From: a bacterium
GTDB lineage: Bacteria > RBG-13-61-14 > DATKZS01
Length of the DNA stretch: 64,000 nucleotides
Assembly: GCA_963674965.2 (NCBI GenBank)
Contig: CAXXFL010000004.1
Span: 96,001-160,000 of the forward strand
Reading direction: 5' to 3'
Each line of letters begins with the position of its first letter. The first letter of the stretch is position 1. This document shows, in pieces, positions 36,975 to 46,653 of the stretch. The notes beneath the pieces are model-generated. The model made no database searches, was not told where the DNA came from, and worked only from the letters and a program-made list of their open reading frames with translations. Position numbers and translations under genes: made by a program.

Positions 36975-38414
36975 CTACATGGTGGTGTTGCGGGCGATCA
37001 AGCTGTCCCAGACGTGTTTCCGGTTGATCTGGTTGGTCCCCTCGTAAATCTGGAGCAGCTTGGCGTCGCGGAAATACTTCTCCACCCCCGAGGCCTGCTC
37101 GAGGCCCGAGGCGCCGCATATTTCCATGGCCAGGTTGGCGTTCTTCATCGCCAGGTCCGTGGCCATGTACTTGGCGGCGGAGGAATGGGCCTGGCCCCGC
37201 TGCCTTCGCCTCAGCTCGATCGAGCCCAGGGCGCCGTTGAATATTCTGGTCATGATCCTGGACCTGGCGATCCCCTGGAAGGGACTCGACATCAGCACGG
37301 CCTCGGGGGACAGCGCCTGCATCCAGACCATGGCCGGATTGGAAAGAAGGCTCATGAGGCCGTTAACCTCCTCGCACATCCCCGCCGAAAGATATAGCGC
37401 CCGACCGATCATGACGTTGGCCAGCATGTCCGCCAGTATCTGCTGCACCCACTGCTCGTCGATCAGGAAACGGCCCTTGAAGCGGGTGGTCCTGGCCGTC
37501 TCGACCGCCTTCTCGTAGGCCCCCCTGGCGCAGCCGACGCCGATGGCGGCCACCCCCACCCTCGAGGCCCCCAGCACGAAAAGGATGCGCTCGAAAAAGT
37601 CCCTGGTGTCCGTGACGATGGTGTTCTCCGCGGGAACGAAGCAGTCCTCGAACGTGAGCATCGAGGCCGGGCAGGCACGCTGGCCCATCTTATGCTCGTG
37701 CTTGACCATCTCGAAGCCCTTGTCGCCGGTCCTGACCATGGCCCCGATCCCGGTGTTGAGCGGGTCCTTGGTGTCCTTGTAGGCGCTCACCATGTGCCAG
37801 GTGGCGAAGTGGCCGGTCGAGATGAATATCTTGGTCCCGTTAATGAGGTAGCCGCCGTCAACTTTTTCCGCCGACGTATAAACCCGCGCCGAATGCATGG
37901 CGTGCTCGTCCTCCACGTCCGAGCCCGCGCTGGGCTCGGTGTGGGCCGCGCTCATCAAGATCGGCTCGCCCCGCTTCTCGCCATCCACGATCTCCTGGCT
38001 GATGCGGCCGAGAAGCTCGAGGTTCATGCCCGCGGCCATGCCGGAAAATCCCAGGTAATGGGCGCCGATTATGTTGGCCAAGCCCGTGCACGCGGCGCAC
38101 ATTTCCTCGAACATGAAGCAAAGCTCGAAGACGTCTCCTCCCCCGCCCCCGAACATGGGAGGAATTACAACCGAGAGCATCCTTTCCTCGGCCGCGCGGC
38201 GGCAGAAGTCCCAACAAAGGTAGTCGTGGTCCTCGCGGGACTTCCTGTCCACCTCGAGGGCGATCGGGCGGATGAAACGGTCAGAAAAGGAACGGAAACG
38301 CTCCACCGACTTCTCGTAACGCCTGACCCTTAAAGGATGAGTCCCGCGCATGGCCGCCAAAATGGGATAGGCGTCGTCGAAACTCATGTCCATGGGATCG
38401 ATATATCCCGTCAT
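36975..38414 (-). CDS. Acyl-CoA dehydrogenase
   Basis: TEPSAGSD, INGTKIFIS, KMGQR and RDAKLLQIYEGTNQI. Confidence 0.9.
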   Translation of the reverse strand: MTGYIDPMDMSFDDAYPILAAMRGTHPLRVRRYEKSVERFRSFSDRFIRPIALEVDRKSREDHDYLCWDFCRRAAEERMLSVVIPPMFGGGGGDVFELCFMFEEMCAACTGLANIIGAHYLGFSGMAAGMNLELLGRISQEIVDGEKRGEPILMSAAHTEPSAGSDVEDEHAMHSARVYTSAEKVDGGYLINGTKIFISTGHFATWHMVSAYKDTKDPLNTGIGAMVRTGDKGFEMVKHEHKMGQRACPASMLTFEDCFVPAENTIVTDTRDFFERILFVLGASRVGVAAIGVGCARGAYEKAVETARTTRFKGRFLIDEQWVQQILADMLANVMIGRALYLSAGMCEEVNGLMSLLSNPAMVWMQALSPEAVLMSSPFQGIARSRIMTRIFNGALGSIELRRRQRGQAHSSAAKYMATDLAMKNANLAMEICGASGLEQASGVEKYFRDAKLLQIYEGTNQINRKHVWDSLIARNTTM

Positions 38415-38644
38415 TGATTCCCCCCCCTGTTCGATAGATGAAAGTGAAATCTAACGATTTCCAAATAACGGCTGTTAAACGACGGTCTCTACTTCTATCA
38501 GGATGAAGACAAATAATCAATATCAACTCATGTTTTTTTTATAAAGAGAAAGACCGAGGCTTCCGATAAATCGAACTGCCCCGTCATTATCCGGGACGGC
38601 GGGCGTTGAAAAGGTGGCCGAATATTGGTACTTAATCAACTATA

Positions 38645-38866
38645 TCAAATACTTAACTCCGGAGAGGCGCCGGGTTTTCGCTTCTTCTTCATTGGGCAGT
38701 TTTTATGATCGGCCCTTTCCTCACCGTTTTTATCGACCGATAAAGAGCAGCCCGAACAACCCGAGCAAGGGTCTTTGCCCTCGTTCTTGATGGACGATCG
38801 CGCCGAAAAGAAAAGGTACGCGGCGGCAACGGCTACTATGACGAGTACTATTATGGTTTCCCACAC
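38645..38866 (-). CDS. FeoB-associated Cys-rich membrane protein
   Basis: GTG start after GAGGTG; one TM helix then CSGCSGC; immediately downstream of feoB. Confidence 0.75.
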   Translation of the reverse strand: MWETIIVLVIVAVAAAYLFFSARSSIKNEGKDPCSGCSGCSLSVDKNGEERADHKNCPMKKKRKPGASPELSI

Positions 38867-38883
38867 TCGGCTACACCTCATAT

Positions 38884-41007
38884 TTACGACAGGCCCAAAA
38901 GTTTTCCTCCCCACCAGACCGCCGCCGACGCCAGGTAGGCCGCGGTGGTGGTGGAGACAAGCATGAGGGCGGCCCATTTCCACGAGCCCAACTCCCGATA
39001 AGTGACGGCCACGGTGGCCATGCAGGGAGCGTAGAGGAGCACGAAGACCATCATGGCGTAGGCCCGCAGCGGGGAGAAGAAGGGGTCGGCCCGAAGCACG
39101 GCCCGCAAATCTCCCTTCTCGCCGCCGCTCTCTCCCAAGCTGTACAATGTGCTCATGGTGGAGACGACAATTTCCTTGGCCGCGAAACCGGCGAAAAGGG
39201 ATACGCCCACCTTCCAGTCGCCAAGGCCCGCCGGCTCGAGGACCGCGGCAATGCCCCGGCCGATGGTACCGGCGTAGCTGTTCTCCATCTTTTCCCTTTG
39301 CGCCGCGAGCTTTACCTCCTCCGGGGCCGACTCGAGGCCGCCGGCCTCGGCCAGGGCCTTCTCGATCTCGGGCGAGTACCGGGTCTGGCGCGGGAAATTG
39401 GAGAGGAACCACACCACCAGGGACATGGCCAGGATGATGGTGCCCGCCTTTTTTGTGTACATCCAGGCCCTCTCCCACATGTGGAGGGCCACGCTCTTGA
39501 GAGTGGGCACGCGGTAGGGCGGAAGCTCCATCACGAAGGGAGTGGGCGGCCCCTTCACCACGTAGGTCCTGAGAAGCTTGGCCATGACCATGGCCACCAC
39601 CACGCCAAGTATATACAGGGAGAACACCACGTTGCCCGCCCTGGCCGGCGGGAAGAAGGCCCCCGCCAGGAGCACGTAAACGGGAAGCCTGGCGCTGCAG
39701 CTTATAAACGGGCAGACCAGCACCGTGGTGATCCGGTCCCTTTCGTTCTCGAGTATGCGAGCGCCCATGATGGCTGGAACGTTGCACCCGAAGCCCAGGA
39801 ACATGGGTATGAAGCTCTTGCCGTGAAGACCCACCAGGTGCATGACCCTGTCCACTATAAAGGCGGCCCTGGCCATGTATCCCGAGTCCTCCATGATCGA
39901 GACCATGAGGAAAAGGATCACGATGTTGGGAAGGAAAACCATCACCCCGCCCACCCCGGCTATGGCCCCGTCAACCAGAAGCGATGACAGCATGCCGCCC
40001 GGCAAAGCGGCCGCGACCGTCCCGCCCAGGGCGGAGAAGGCCGAGTCGATCAGGTCCATGAGGGGGGCCCCCAGGGTAAAGGTCGCCTCGAAGGTGAGCC
40101 ACATGAAAAACAGGAAGATGGGAAGACCCAGAACGCGGTTGGCCAGCACCGTGTCCACTTTGTCCGTCAGGGTGCGCCTTCCCTCGACGGTCAGGCTCAC
40201 GGCCTCGGACACGGCCCCATGCACGAAACCGTAGCGGGCGTCGGCCAGAAGTATCTCGGGGTCGTCGCCTATCAGCATCCTTACCCGCTCCTGCTCGGCG
40301 TGGGCCTTCTCGAGCACGGCCACCTCGCCGGCGTCTCCCATGAAATCGACCATCTCCCCGTCGCCCTCGAGGAGCTTGATGGCCAGCCAACGGGGGTCGT
40401 ACTTTCCCTGCTTTCCTCCTTTCTCGATCTCCCTTTGGATGCTCTCGACCGACCGGTCCAGCTCGGCGCCGAACCGAACGTCGGCCGAGGGAGGAGCGCC
40501 CTCGTCGGCGATTTCCATGACTTTATCCAGGAGCCGGTCCACTCCCTCCTCCCTGTATCCCACGGTGGGAACGATAGGTAACCCGAGAAGGGTCTCGAGA
40601 TGGCCGACGTCGATCTTTATGCCGCGCTTCTTCACCTCATCCATCATGTTGAAGGCGAGGATGAGCGGTATCTTCATGGCCATGAGCTGCACGGAGAGAT
40701 AAAGGTTTCGCTCGAGGTTGCCCGCGTCCACCACCTGCACCACCACGTCCAGGTCCTCGTCGAGCAGCGCCCGCCTGGCCACCAGTTCGTCCGGCGAATA
40801 GGCCGAAAGGCTGTAGGTGCCTGGCAGGTCGATAACGTGGATGGACCTTCCTTGATACTCGGCGTCTCCCTCTTTCCTCTCGACCGTCACTCCCGGGTAG
40901 TTGCCCACGTGCTGCCGGGCCCCGGTGAGGGCGTTGAAAATGGTGGTCTTTCCGGCGTTGGGATTTCCCGCCAGCGCCAGGGTGATATTTTTTTTACGGT
41001 CTTTCAT
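38884..41007 (-). CDS. feoB: Ferrous iron transporter B
   Basis: GNPNAGKT, NYPGVTVE, DLPG, NMMD and GFGCNVPA. Confidence 0.96.
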   Translation of the reverse strand: MKDRKKNITLALAGNPNAGKTTIFNALTGARQHVGNYPGVTVERKEGDAEYQGRSIHVIDLPGTYSLSAYSPDELVARRALLDEDLDVVVQVVDAGNLERNLYLSVQLMAMKIPLILAFNMMDEVKKRGIKIDVGHLETLLGLPIVPTVGYREEGVDRLLDKVMEIADEGAPPSADVRFGAELDRSVESIQREIEKGGKQGKYDPRWLAIKLLEGDGEMVDFMGDAGEVAVLEKAHAEQERVRMLIGDDPEILLADARYGFVHGAVSEAVSLTVEGRRTLTDKVDTVLANRVLGLPIFLFFMWLTFEATFTLGAPLMDLIDSAFSALGGTVAAALPGGMLSSLLVDGAIAGVGGVMVFLPNIVILFLMVSIMEDSGYMARAAFIVDRVMHLVGLHGKSFIPMFLGFGCNVPAIMGARILENERDRITTVLVCPFISCSARLPVYVLLAGAFFPPARAGNVVFSLYILGVVVAMVMAKLLRTYVVKGPPTPFVMELPPYRVPTLKSVALHMWERAWMYTKKAGTIILAMSLVVWFLSNFPRQTRYSPEIEKALAEAGGLESAPEEVKLAAQREKMENSYAGTIGRGIAAVLEPAGLGDWKVGVSLFAGFAAKEIVVSTMSTLYSLGESGGEKGDLRAVLRADPFFSPLRAYAMMVFVLLYAPCMATVAVTYRELGSWKWAALMLVSTTTAAYLASAAVWWGGKLLGLS

Positions 41008-41036
41008 TCATTTCTCCGTTATTGGCCGCCCTATTA

Positions 41037-41050
41037 TTAGGATATCCTAA
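41037..41050. promoter_or_regulatory. DtxR/MntR-type operator upstream of feoB
   Basis: Perfect palindrome TTAGGATATCCTAA. Confidence 0.75.
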
Positions 41051-41072
41051 CTATGGCGCCATAAAACAAAAC

Positions 41073-41315
41073 TCACTTCTCAAGAGGCTTTACCTCGATG
41101 CCATCGGCCTCGGACCTGCGGACGCTGAGATGATAACCCATGATGTAAATCTCGATCGGATCGCCAAGTGGAGCGACCCTTTCCACCTCGAGCCGGGCCC
41201 CCGGCACCACCCCCATCTCGATAAGACGCTTCTTGATCTCGCCGATGGCGCCTATCTTTTTAATTTCAGCCGCGCCGCCAACCGGCATCTCGCTGAGAGG
41301 CATGGTTGTTTCCAT
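41073..41315 (-). CDS. feoA: FeoA protein
   Basis: KRLIEMGVVPG..APLGDPIEI..LSVRRSEA. Confidence 0.92.
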   Translation of the reverse strand: METTMPLSEMPVGGAAEIKKIGAIGEIKKRLIEMGVVPGARLEVERVAPLGDPIEIYIMGYHLSVRRSEADGIEVKPLEK

Positions 41316-41350
41316 CCGTTTTATCTCCTTAATATCAATCTCTTAAATCA

Positions 41351-41728
41351 TTACGGCAGATCGTCCACCATTATCTTGGCCGCCACGCCGCAGCCAAGCG
41401 AAAGTCTCGATCCCTTTACCTCGACGATCATGGGACCGCCGTGGTTTTCAAGCACGCGAACCTCGGAGCCGGGATACATGCCCATGGCCGTAAGCTTGCT
41501 TTCCATCTTTTTACCGCCCGAACTTCGAACTATTTTTACCTTTCTTCCCGGGGCCACCGAGCAAAGGGGAAAGGCGCTTCCCAGCCGCGCCCTGGGACAG
41601 GTCTTGCATTTCTCTTTTAGGTCGCCGATGACCGTAACGCTTCCTTTTCCGGAGCCGCTTGAAATCCCAGGCTCGGCCCCCGTCACCGGGCAGGTGAAAT
41701 TATCGTCAAATTGCTTTGAATGTTTCAT
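41351..41728 (-). CDS. feoA: FeoA family protein with Cys-containing N-terminal extension
   Basis: KLTAMGMYPG..GPMIVEVKGSRLSLG; N-terminal CPVTG..CKTC. Confidence 0.8.
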   Translation of the reverse strand: MKHSKQFDDNFTCPVTGAEPGISSGSGKGSVTVIGDLKEKCKTCPRARLGSAFPLCSVAPGRKVKIVRSSGGKKMESKLTAMGMYPGSEVRVLENHGGPMIVEVKGSRLSLGCGVAAKIMVDDLP

Positions 41729-41741
41729 CTTCGTCTTTCAG

Positions 41742-41755
41742 TTAGTATAACCTAA
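41742..41755. promoter_or_regulatory. DtxR/MntR-type operator upstream of feoA
   Basis: TTAGTATAACCTAA, a near match to the 41037 palindrome. Confidence 0.65.
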
Positions 41756-41820
41756 ATTTCCCTTAAATAAAATGGCCCGCCGCCGGGAATTTTTCCGTCG
41801 CCGGGACTGGCCGTTTTCAT

Positions 41821-42297
41821 TCAAGATTTCCGCTCCTTTAAATATTTCCTGAACGACTCTCCTTTCAGTCTGCCGTCGTCGGGACCCATCGAGCGAAATT
41901 CCTCGAGGGCAATAAAGCGCTCGATGGCCTTGTCGCTCAGGGTATGCTCCATTTTACAGGCGTCCTCCTCGGCCACCTCCGCGTCAAGACCCAGGACCTC
42001 CTCGAGGAAACGGCGCAAAACCATATGTCTTTTCATCACTTCCTGCGCTATCTTCCGGCCCCGTTCCGTTTTCGTCACCGCGCCGTAATGGTCGTGGTCC
42101 ACCAACTCGTGCTCGACAAGGTGCTTTATCATTCCAACCACGCTGGGCCGGGTGACTTTCAGCTTTCTGGCAATGTCGCTCACCCGCACCTCGGGGCATC
42201 CCGTCTCCGCCTCGATCTCGAGGATGGCCTCGAGGTAATCCTCCATGCTCTCGGTTATTTCTTCTTTTTTGTTGTGCCTTGATTTCCTCGGACTCAA
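41821..42297 (-). CDS. DtxR/MntR family metal-dependent repressor
   Basis: SMEDYLEAI, RVSDIARKL, RHMVLRRFL and DACKMEH; TTG start after GGGAGG. Confidence 0.9.
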   Translation of the reverse strand: MSPRKSRHNKKEEITESMEDYLEAILEIEAETGCPEVRVSDIARKLKVTRPSVVGMIKHLVEHELVDHDHYGAVTKTERGRKIAQEVMKRHMVLRRFLEEVLGLDAEVAEEDACKMEHTLSDKAIERFIALEEFRSMGPDDGRLKGESFRKYLKERKS

Positions 42298-42315
42298 TTC
42301 GACCTCCCTTGTCCC

Positions 42316-42344
42316 AATATAGTAGGATAACCTAACAATGTCAA
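42316..42344 (-). promoter_or_regulatory. Sigma70 promoter of the regulator-feo cluster with an operator in the spacer
   Basis: Minus strand TTGACA-17 bp-TATATT; the spacer contains TTAGGTTATCCTAC (42322-42335). Confidence 0.8.
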
Positions 42345-42510
42345 GCCTTTTTTGCTCATGTCCCAACGCAAATGTTTTCTCCTTTTATTACCGGCACTTC
42401 TCTGCAAAAAAGATTTCGGATTGCCTTTTTTGAATTGACGACTTTTGAATGATATGCTCGCCTTATCGTCGGAGGAACGCCATTAAACCGCTCCGGCCAA
42501 GAATAACTTA

Positions 42511-44073
42511 ATGAAACTGGCCCTTGTCACATGCCCCTTTTTCACTAACGGCGACTGGCCCCCCCTGGGACTGTCCTGTATAAACGGGGCGCTCAGGGAG
42601 GAGGGAATCGAGCCGGTCTGCTTCGACTTCAACTTTACGACCTACAAGGACAACCCCGATCTGCTCCATCTCCTCTACCACATGGTGAGCTTCGCCGGCT
42701 TGACCGACCGTGTGGTCTTCGTTCTTAGGCCAGAGTTGATCCTCAACTTCCTTTACAAGGAGGATTATCCCGATTTCAAATGGCCTCCCCTTTTCAGCGG
42801 GCCCGAGGCCGGCGCGGGGGCCATGCTCTACCTGGGCATGAAAGCCGCCGCCAGGGAACAGGCCCGGACCGTCCTGTCCCATAAGCCCGCGGCCGCGCTC
42901 TTTTCCACCTATATCAGCAACATGGCCTGGAGCCTCCTCGTCGCCAAGTGGATAAAAAAACTCAGTCCTAAGACGCCGGTCGTGTTCGGCGGCCCCGGCG
43001 TGGGGCTTCCCGAGGTCCAGACCTTCCTTTTGGCCGCGGGTTTCGTCGACGCCCTCGCCGTGGGCGAGGGAGAGATGACGGTCGCATATCTGGCTCATGA
43101 CCTGGAGGCGGCCCTGGCGGGAGACGTCCCGGGCGTGGCGGTGATGAAGCACGGAGCGGTCAAGCTCGACCCGAGACCATCGGCGCCACTCCAGGATATT
43201 CCTTTGCCCAGCTTTGCCGGGCTTCCCCTGCCCGGCCTGTCGGTCAAGGACTACGCCGCCAACCGGCCCAACAAGTACAGGACCCCATTCTTCCACGGCC
43301 TTCCGGTCTATAGCTCGCGCGGGTGCGTGAACCGCTGCGCCTATTGCTCGGAGACGGCCTACTGGAAAGGATATCGCCTCCGCGAGCCCGGGGCCGTGGT
43401 GGACGAAATACAAAGGATTTCCGAGGAGACCGGGGAGAGCCACTTCCTTTTCGGCGACAGCGCGGTCAACGGAAGGCCCGCCTGGCTGATTGATTTCCTC
43501 GAGGCGGCCTCCTCCCGGCTTGGCTATCCCAGTCTGTGCGCCTACATGATGGCCCGGCCCGAGCTTGACGCGGAGACGGCCAAGCTTATAAAGCGAGCCG
43601 GGTTCGGCCACGTGGTCCTTGGGGTGGAGACTTTTTCCGGCCGTCTTCGCCATAACATGAACAAGCGGCACGGGGATGACGAGTTATTCGACGCCATACT
43701 CAACCTGACGCGGGCCGGCGTTCACGTAAAGTCCAACTTGCTGGTGGGTTTTCCGGGCGAGACGGAGGAGGACTTCGAGGTATCCTTATCCTATATCCGA
43801 CGCTGGAGGGAAACTCCCGAGTCGGAAAAGGGCCCCGGTACCCTCTTCTGGGACGCGGGTCATCCGGTCAGGCTCGAGGCGTATTCCGATTTATACAACA
43901 ACCCGGGAAAGCACGGGATCGTCATCGAGGACTCTCCGGTCCCGCCTCTGCCGGACGGTCTGTCCCGCGTGGCCGAGGCGGCCGCCCATCTTTTTAAAAA
44001 TTGGTGCGCCCCGGGCCGGGAGGACTTGAGTCTCCGGGCGAAAATCATGCGTGAGGAAGCGGCGAGGAAGTAG
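42511..44073 (+). CDS. B12-binding radical SAM protein
   Basis: PPLGL, VFGGPG and VGEGE cobalamin-binding domain; SSRGCVNRCAYC; VGFPGETEEDF. Confidence 0.88.
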   Translation: MKLALVTCPFFTNGDWPPLGLSCINGALREEGIEPVCFDFNFTTYKDNPDLLHLLYHMVSFAGLTDRVVFVLRPELILNFLYKEDYPDFKWPPLFSGPEAGAGAMLYLGMKAAAREQARTVLSHKPAAALFSTYISNMAWSLLVAKWIKKLSPKTPVVFGGPGVGLPEVQTFLLAAGFVDALAVGEGEMTVAYLAHDLEAALAGDVPGVAVMKHGAVKLDPRPSAPLQDIPLPSFAGLPLPGLSVKDYAANRPNKYRTPFFHGLPVYSSRGCVNRCAYCSETAYWKGYRLREPGAVVDEIQRISEETGESHFLFGDSAVNGRPAWLIDFLEAASSRLGYPSLCAYMMARPELDAETAKLIKRAGFGHVVLGVETFSGRLRHNMNKRHGDDELFDAILNLTRAGVHVKSNLLVGFPGETEEDFEVSLSYIRRWRETPESEKGPGTLFWDAGHPVRLEAYSDLYNNPGKHGIVIEDSPVPPLPDGLSRVAEAAAHLFKNWCAPGREDLSLRAKIMREEAARK

Positions 44074-44866
44074 CGCCGCCCAGGGAGGACTATTGAAAGA
44101 CTTGCTTGGAACTCCCTTTCCAGCGGTGGGAGTAAAGATTTATAAAATGGAGGACGAGACGGTCCCGCCCGGGGCCTTTCGTGATTACGCCGGTACATCG
44201 TATTGCGAGGCGGTTATGAGGGCGACCATGGGCGAGCCCCAACTACTCAAGCCGGGCTCGATTTCGGTGTGCCGATGGTCCCCCCCCGTGCTCGGGCTCA
44301 AGGAAGCCGAGAGCGACTTCGAGAAGGAGCGCGAGCCCAAACTTCCTTTCCTCATTTCCGCCGCGGCCGTGGCCCGTCTTGCCGATTGGCCCGCCGAGGC
44401 CGGCGACCCGGATATAGTCCTCCTCCGGGGCGAGCGCCGCTACTTCGAGAAAATCCTCGAGAAGGCCGGACCCGACGCCATCTACGACGGCGACGGATCG
44501 ATCGACAAAACCATGGTCCCCGCCCTGACGGGCAAGGGCCCCGTCCATCCGGCCAAGGCCGCCCTGGTGAAGGCGGTGAACGCCCTGCTCGACTTCATGG
44601 GCCGTTTCAAGGCATGGAACAAGCTCACGGTGTGGATGTTCAAACGGGAAGGGACAAGCCGCGTCCTCAACTGGATTCTCGACCGGGCCATGGCCAACAT
44701 GAGCATGTGCAGAAACTCGACCGTGATTCCCTATCTGACGGGAAGGATCAACGTCTCCCACTTTTGCACCGGCGGCATATCCTGGGGAAAAAACCCTCCC
44801 CATTACATGACGGGAGGAGTGCCTTTTCCGATCTATAAAAGGATCGAGTCCTCGATCGGGAAATGA
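44051..44866 (+). CDS. DUF169-like protein
   Basis: PAVGVK, SYCEAV, VCRWS..VLGL, PDIVLL, SMCRNSTVIPY and SHFCTGG. Confidence 0.65.
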   Translation: MRKRRGSSAAQGGLLKDLLGTPFPAVGVKIYKMEDETVPPGAFRDYAGTSYCEAVMRATMGEPQLLKPGSISVCRWSPPVLGLKEAESDFEKEREPKLPFLISAAAVARLADWPAEAGDPDIVLLRGERRYFEKILEKAGPDAIYDGDGSIDKTMVPALTGKGPVHPAKAALVKAVNALLDFMGRFKAWNKLTVWMFKREGTSRVLNWILDRAMANMSMCRNSTVIPYLTGRINVSHFCTGGISWGKNPPHYMTGGVPFPIYKRIESSIGK

Positions 44867-44955
44867 TCGTGCCGGCGTTTGCTTCTTTTCGCTTGCGCCG
44901 CGCCGTCACCTGGACTATTAATGGTTATCGAGAGTTGTATAAGGGAGGGCGCGCC

Positions 44956-45585
44956 ATGAACAAGCTTTTAATCGTTATTATTGGACTGGCCCTTGTCCTC
45001 GCGGCGGGGTGCCCGAAGAACGTGAATCCCGAGGCCCACGTTAACCGGGAAAGTCCCGCGCCGGCCCTCGCTCCTCCTCCCGCGCCGGCCAAGCCCTCCG
45101 GCGTTCCTCTCAAGACCTACCGCGACCGGGCCAATAGCTTCAGCGTCGAGCTTCCGGCCGACTGGAGGGACGTCAACGTCGCGGGGGCCTCGGGCCTCAA
45201 GTTTATCAAGGACGACAAGGGGAACGCCATCATCATCTCCGTTCAGGAAACGGGCATGGGTGAATTTCTTGACGTGGATAACCTGCCCGAGTCGGAAATA
45301 TACAACATGGTGGACATGGCCGCGGGACAAATCAAGTCGATTTACCCCGACACCGAGGTCATATCGAGGGGCGTAAGAAGCCTGGGCGGCAAAAAAGCGG
45401 GCTACGCCAATCTCCGGTCGGAATCGGAATACATGGGCATTAGGATGCCCGTGCTGCTCATGACCTACGTGACCTATCACAAGGGCAAGATGGTCTCGAT
45501 CACGGCCGGTTCCAAGGAAAGCGAGTTCAAAAGATACGCGGGTCAATTCGAATACTACGTCTCGACCTTTCGTTTCGACGACTGA
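44956..45585 (+). CDS. Lipoprotein with PsbP/DcrB-like fold
   Basis: LAAGC lipobox, Pro-rich linker, FSVELPADW and C-terminal STFRF. Confidence 0.6.
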   Translation: MNKLLIVIIGLALVLAAGCPKNVNPEAHVNRESPAPALAPPPAPAKPSGVPLKTYRDRANSFSVELPADWRDVNVAGASGLKFIKDDKGNAIIISVQETGMGEFLDVDNLPESEIYNMVDMAAGQIKSIYPDTEVISRGVRSLGGKKAGYANLRSESEYMGIRMPVLLMTYVTYHKGKMVSITAGSKESEFKRYAGQFEYYVSTFRFDD

Positions 45586-45612
45586 GGCCGGCTCGCGCGA
45601 GGGAGGAAATCC

Positions 45613-46653
45613 ATGGCGACAACTGGAATAGTAAGGGACGTTTTTTACACGAGGCACGACACGGGCCCGGGCCATCCCGAGTCCTCCCGCCGGCTCGACT
45701 CGATTTACGCCGAGCTTGACCGGAGAGAAATCATGGACCAGGCCCAGTCCATCGACAAGCGGGAGGCCCTGCCCGAGGAACTCATGAGAGTCCATACCCG
45801 CGAGCACGTCCAACTCGTGGCCTCGACGGCGGCCCGGACCGCGGCCTACCTGGACGGCGACACGCCCACCAGCCCGGACTCCTTCAAGGCCGCCCTCCTC
45901 GCGGCCGGCGGACTCATGAACGCGACCGACGCCGTCATCCAGGGAGACGTGAAAAACGCCTTCGCCCTGGTGCGCCCGCCGGGACACCACGCCGAAAGCT
46001 CCCAGGCCATGGGGTTCTGCCTGTTCAACAACGTGGCCGTCGCCGCCATGCACGCCATCGAGAAACGCGGCAAAAAACGCATACTGATAATCGACTGGGA
46101 CGTGCATCACGGCAACGCCACCATGCACTCCTTTTACAAGGACCCGAGGGTGATGTATTTTTCCACCCACCATTACCCCTTTTATCCGGGCACGGGCAGG
46201 TGGGACGAGATAGGCGACGGCGAGGGCAAGGGCTACACGGTCAACGTGCCCTTCCCCGGCGGCTGCGGAGACGGCGAACACGATAACGCCTTCTCGAGGA
46301 TTTTCGATCCCGTGGTGAAGGCGTACAAGCCCGACCTCATCATGGTCTCGGCCGGGTTCGACGCCCATTATCGCGACCCCCTGGGCGGGATGCGCGTGAC
46401 TGAGGAGGGCTTCCAGCGCATGACCCGCAGGGTCCTCGAGTGGGCCGACGAGTTCTCGGACGGACAGGTGGTGATGACCCTGGAGGGCGGGTACAACCTC
46501 GAGGCCCTGGCCAACTCCGTCGCCGACGTCATCGAGGTATGCATGGGCAAAAAGCAGGCGCCGGGCGGCGACCTGGACTCGACCGACGGGTTCGAGGCCG
46601 TAAGGCCCAAGGTGGCGGGGGCCTTGTCGGGCATATGGAAGGGACTGGACTAG
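45613..46653 (+). CDS. Histone deacetylase family (class II-like) amidohydrolase
   Basis: HPES..RL, RPPGHHA, GFCLFNN, DWDVHHGN, SAGFDAH and LEGGY. Confidence 0.93.
   Translation: MATTGIVRDVFYTRHDTGPGHPESSRRLDSIYAELDRREIMDQAQSIDKREALPEELMRVHTREHVQLVASTAARTAAYLDGDTPTSPDSFKAALLAAGGLMNATDAVIQGDVKNAFALVRPPGHHAESSQAMGFCLFNNVAVAAMHAIEKRGKKRILIIDWDVHHGNATMHSFYKDPRVMYFSTHHYPFYPGTGRWDEIGDGEGKGYTVNVPFPGGCGDGEHDNAFSRIFDPVVKAYKPDLIMVSAGFDAHYRDPLGGMRVTEEGFQRMTRRVLEWADEFSDGQVVMTLEGGYNLEALANSVADVIEVCMGKKQAPGGDLDSTDGFEAVRPKVAGALSGIWKGLD

Noticed and set aside
35409-37397. Long plus-strand ORF of 662 aa (likewise 29462..31348 and the antisense ORFs over the TonB receptors)
   Set aside because: High-GC antisense shadows of well-supported genes
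38867-39787. 380-aa ORF overlapping feoB
   Set aside because: Only the last 73 codons form a plausible protein, the Cys-rich Feo-associated protein
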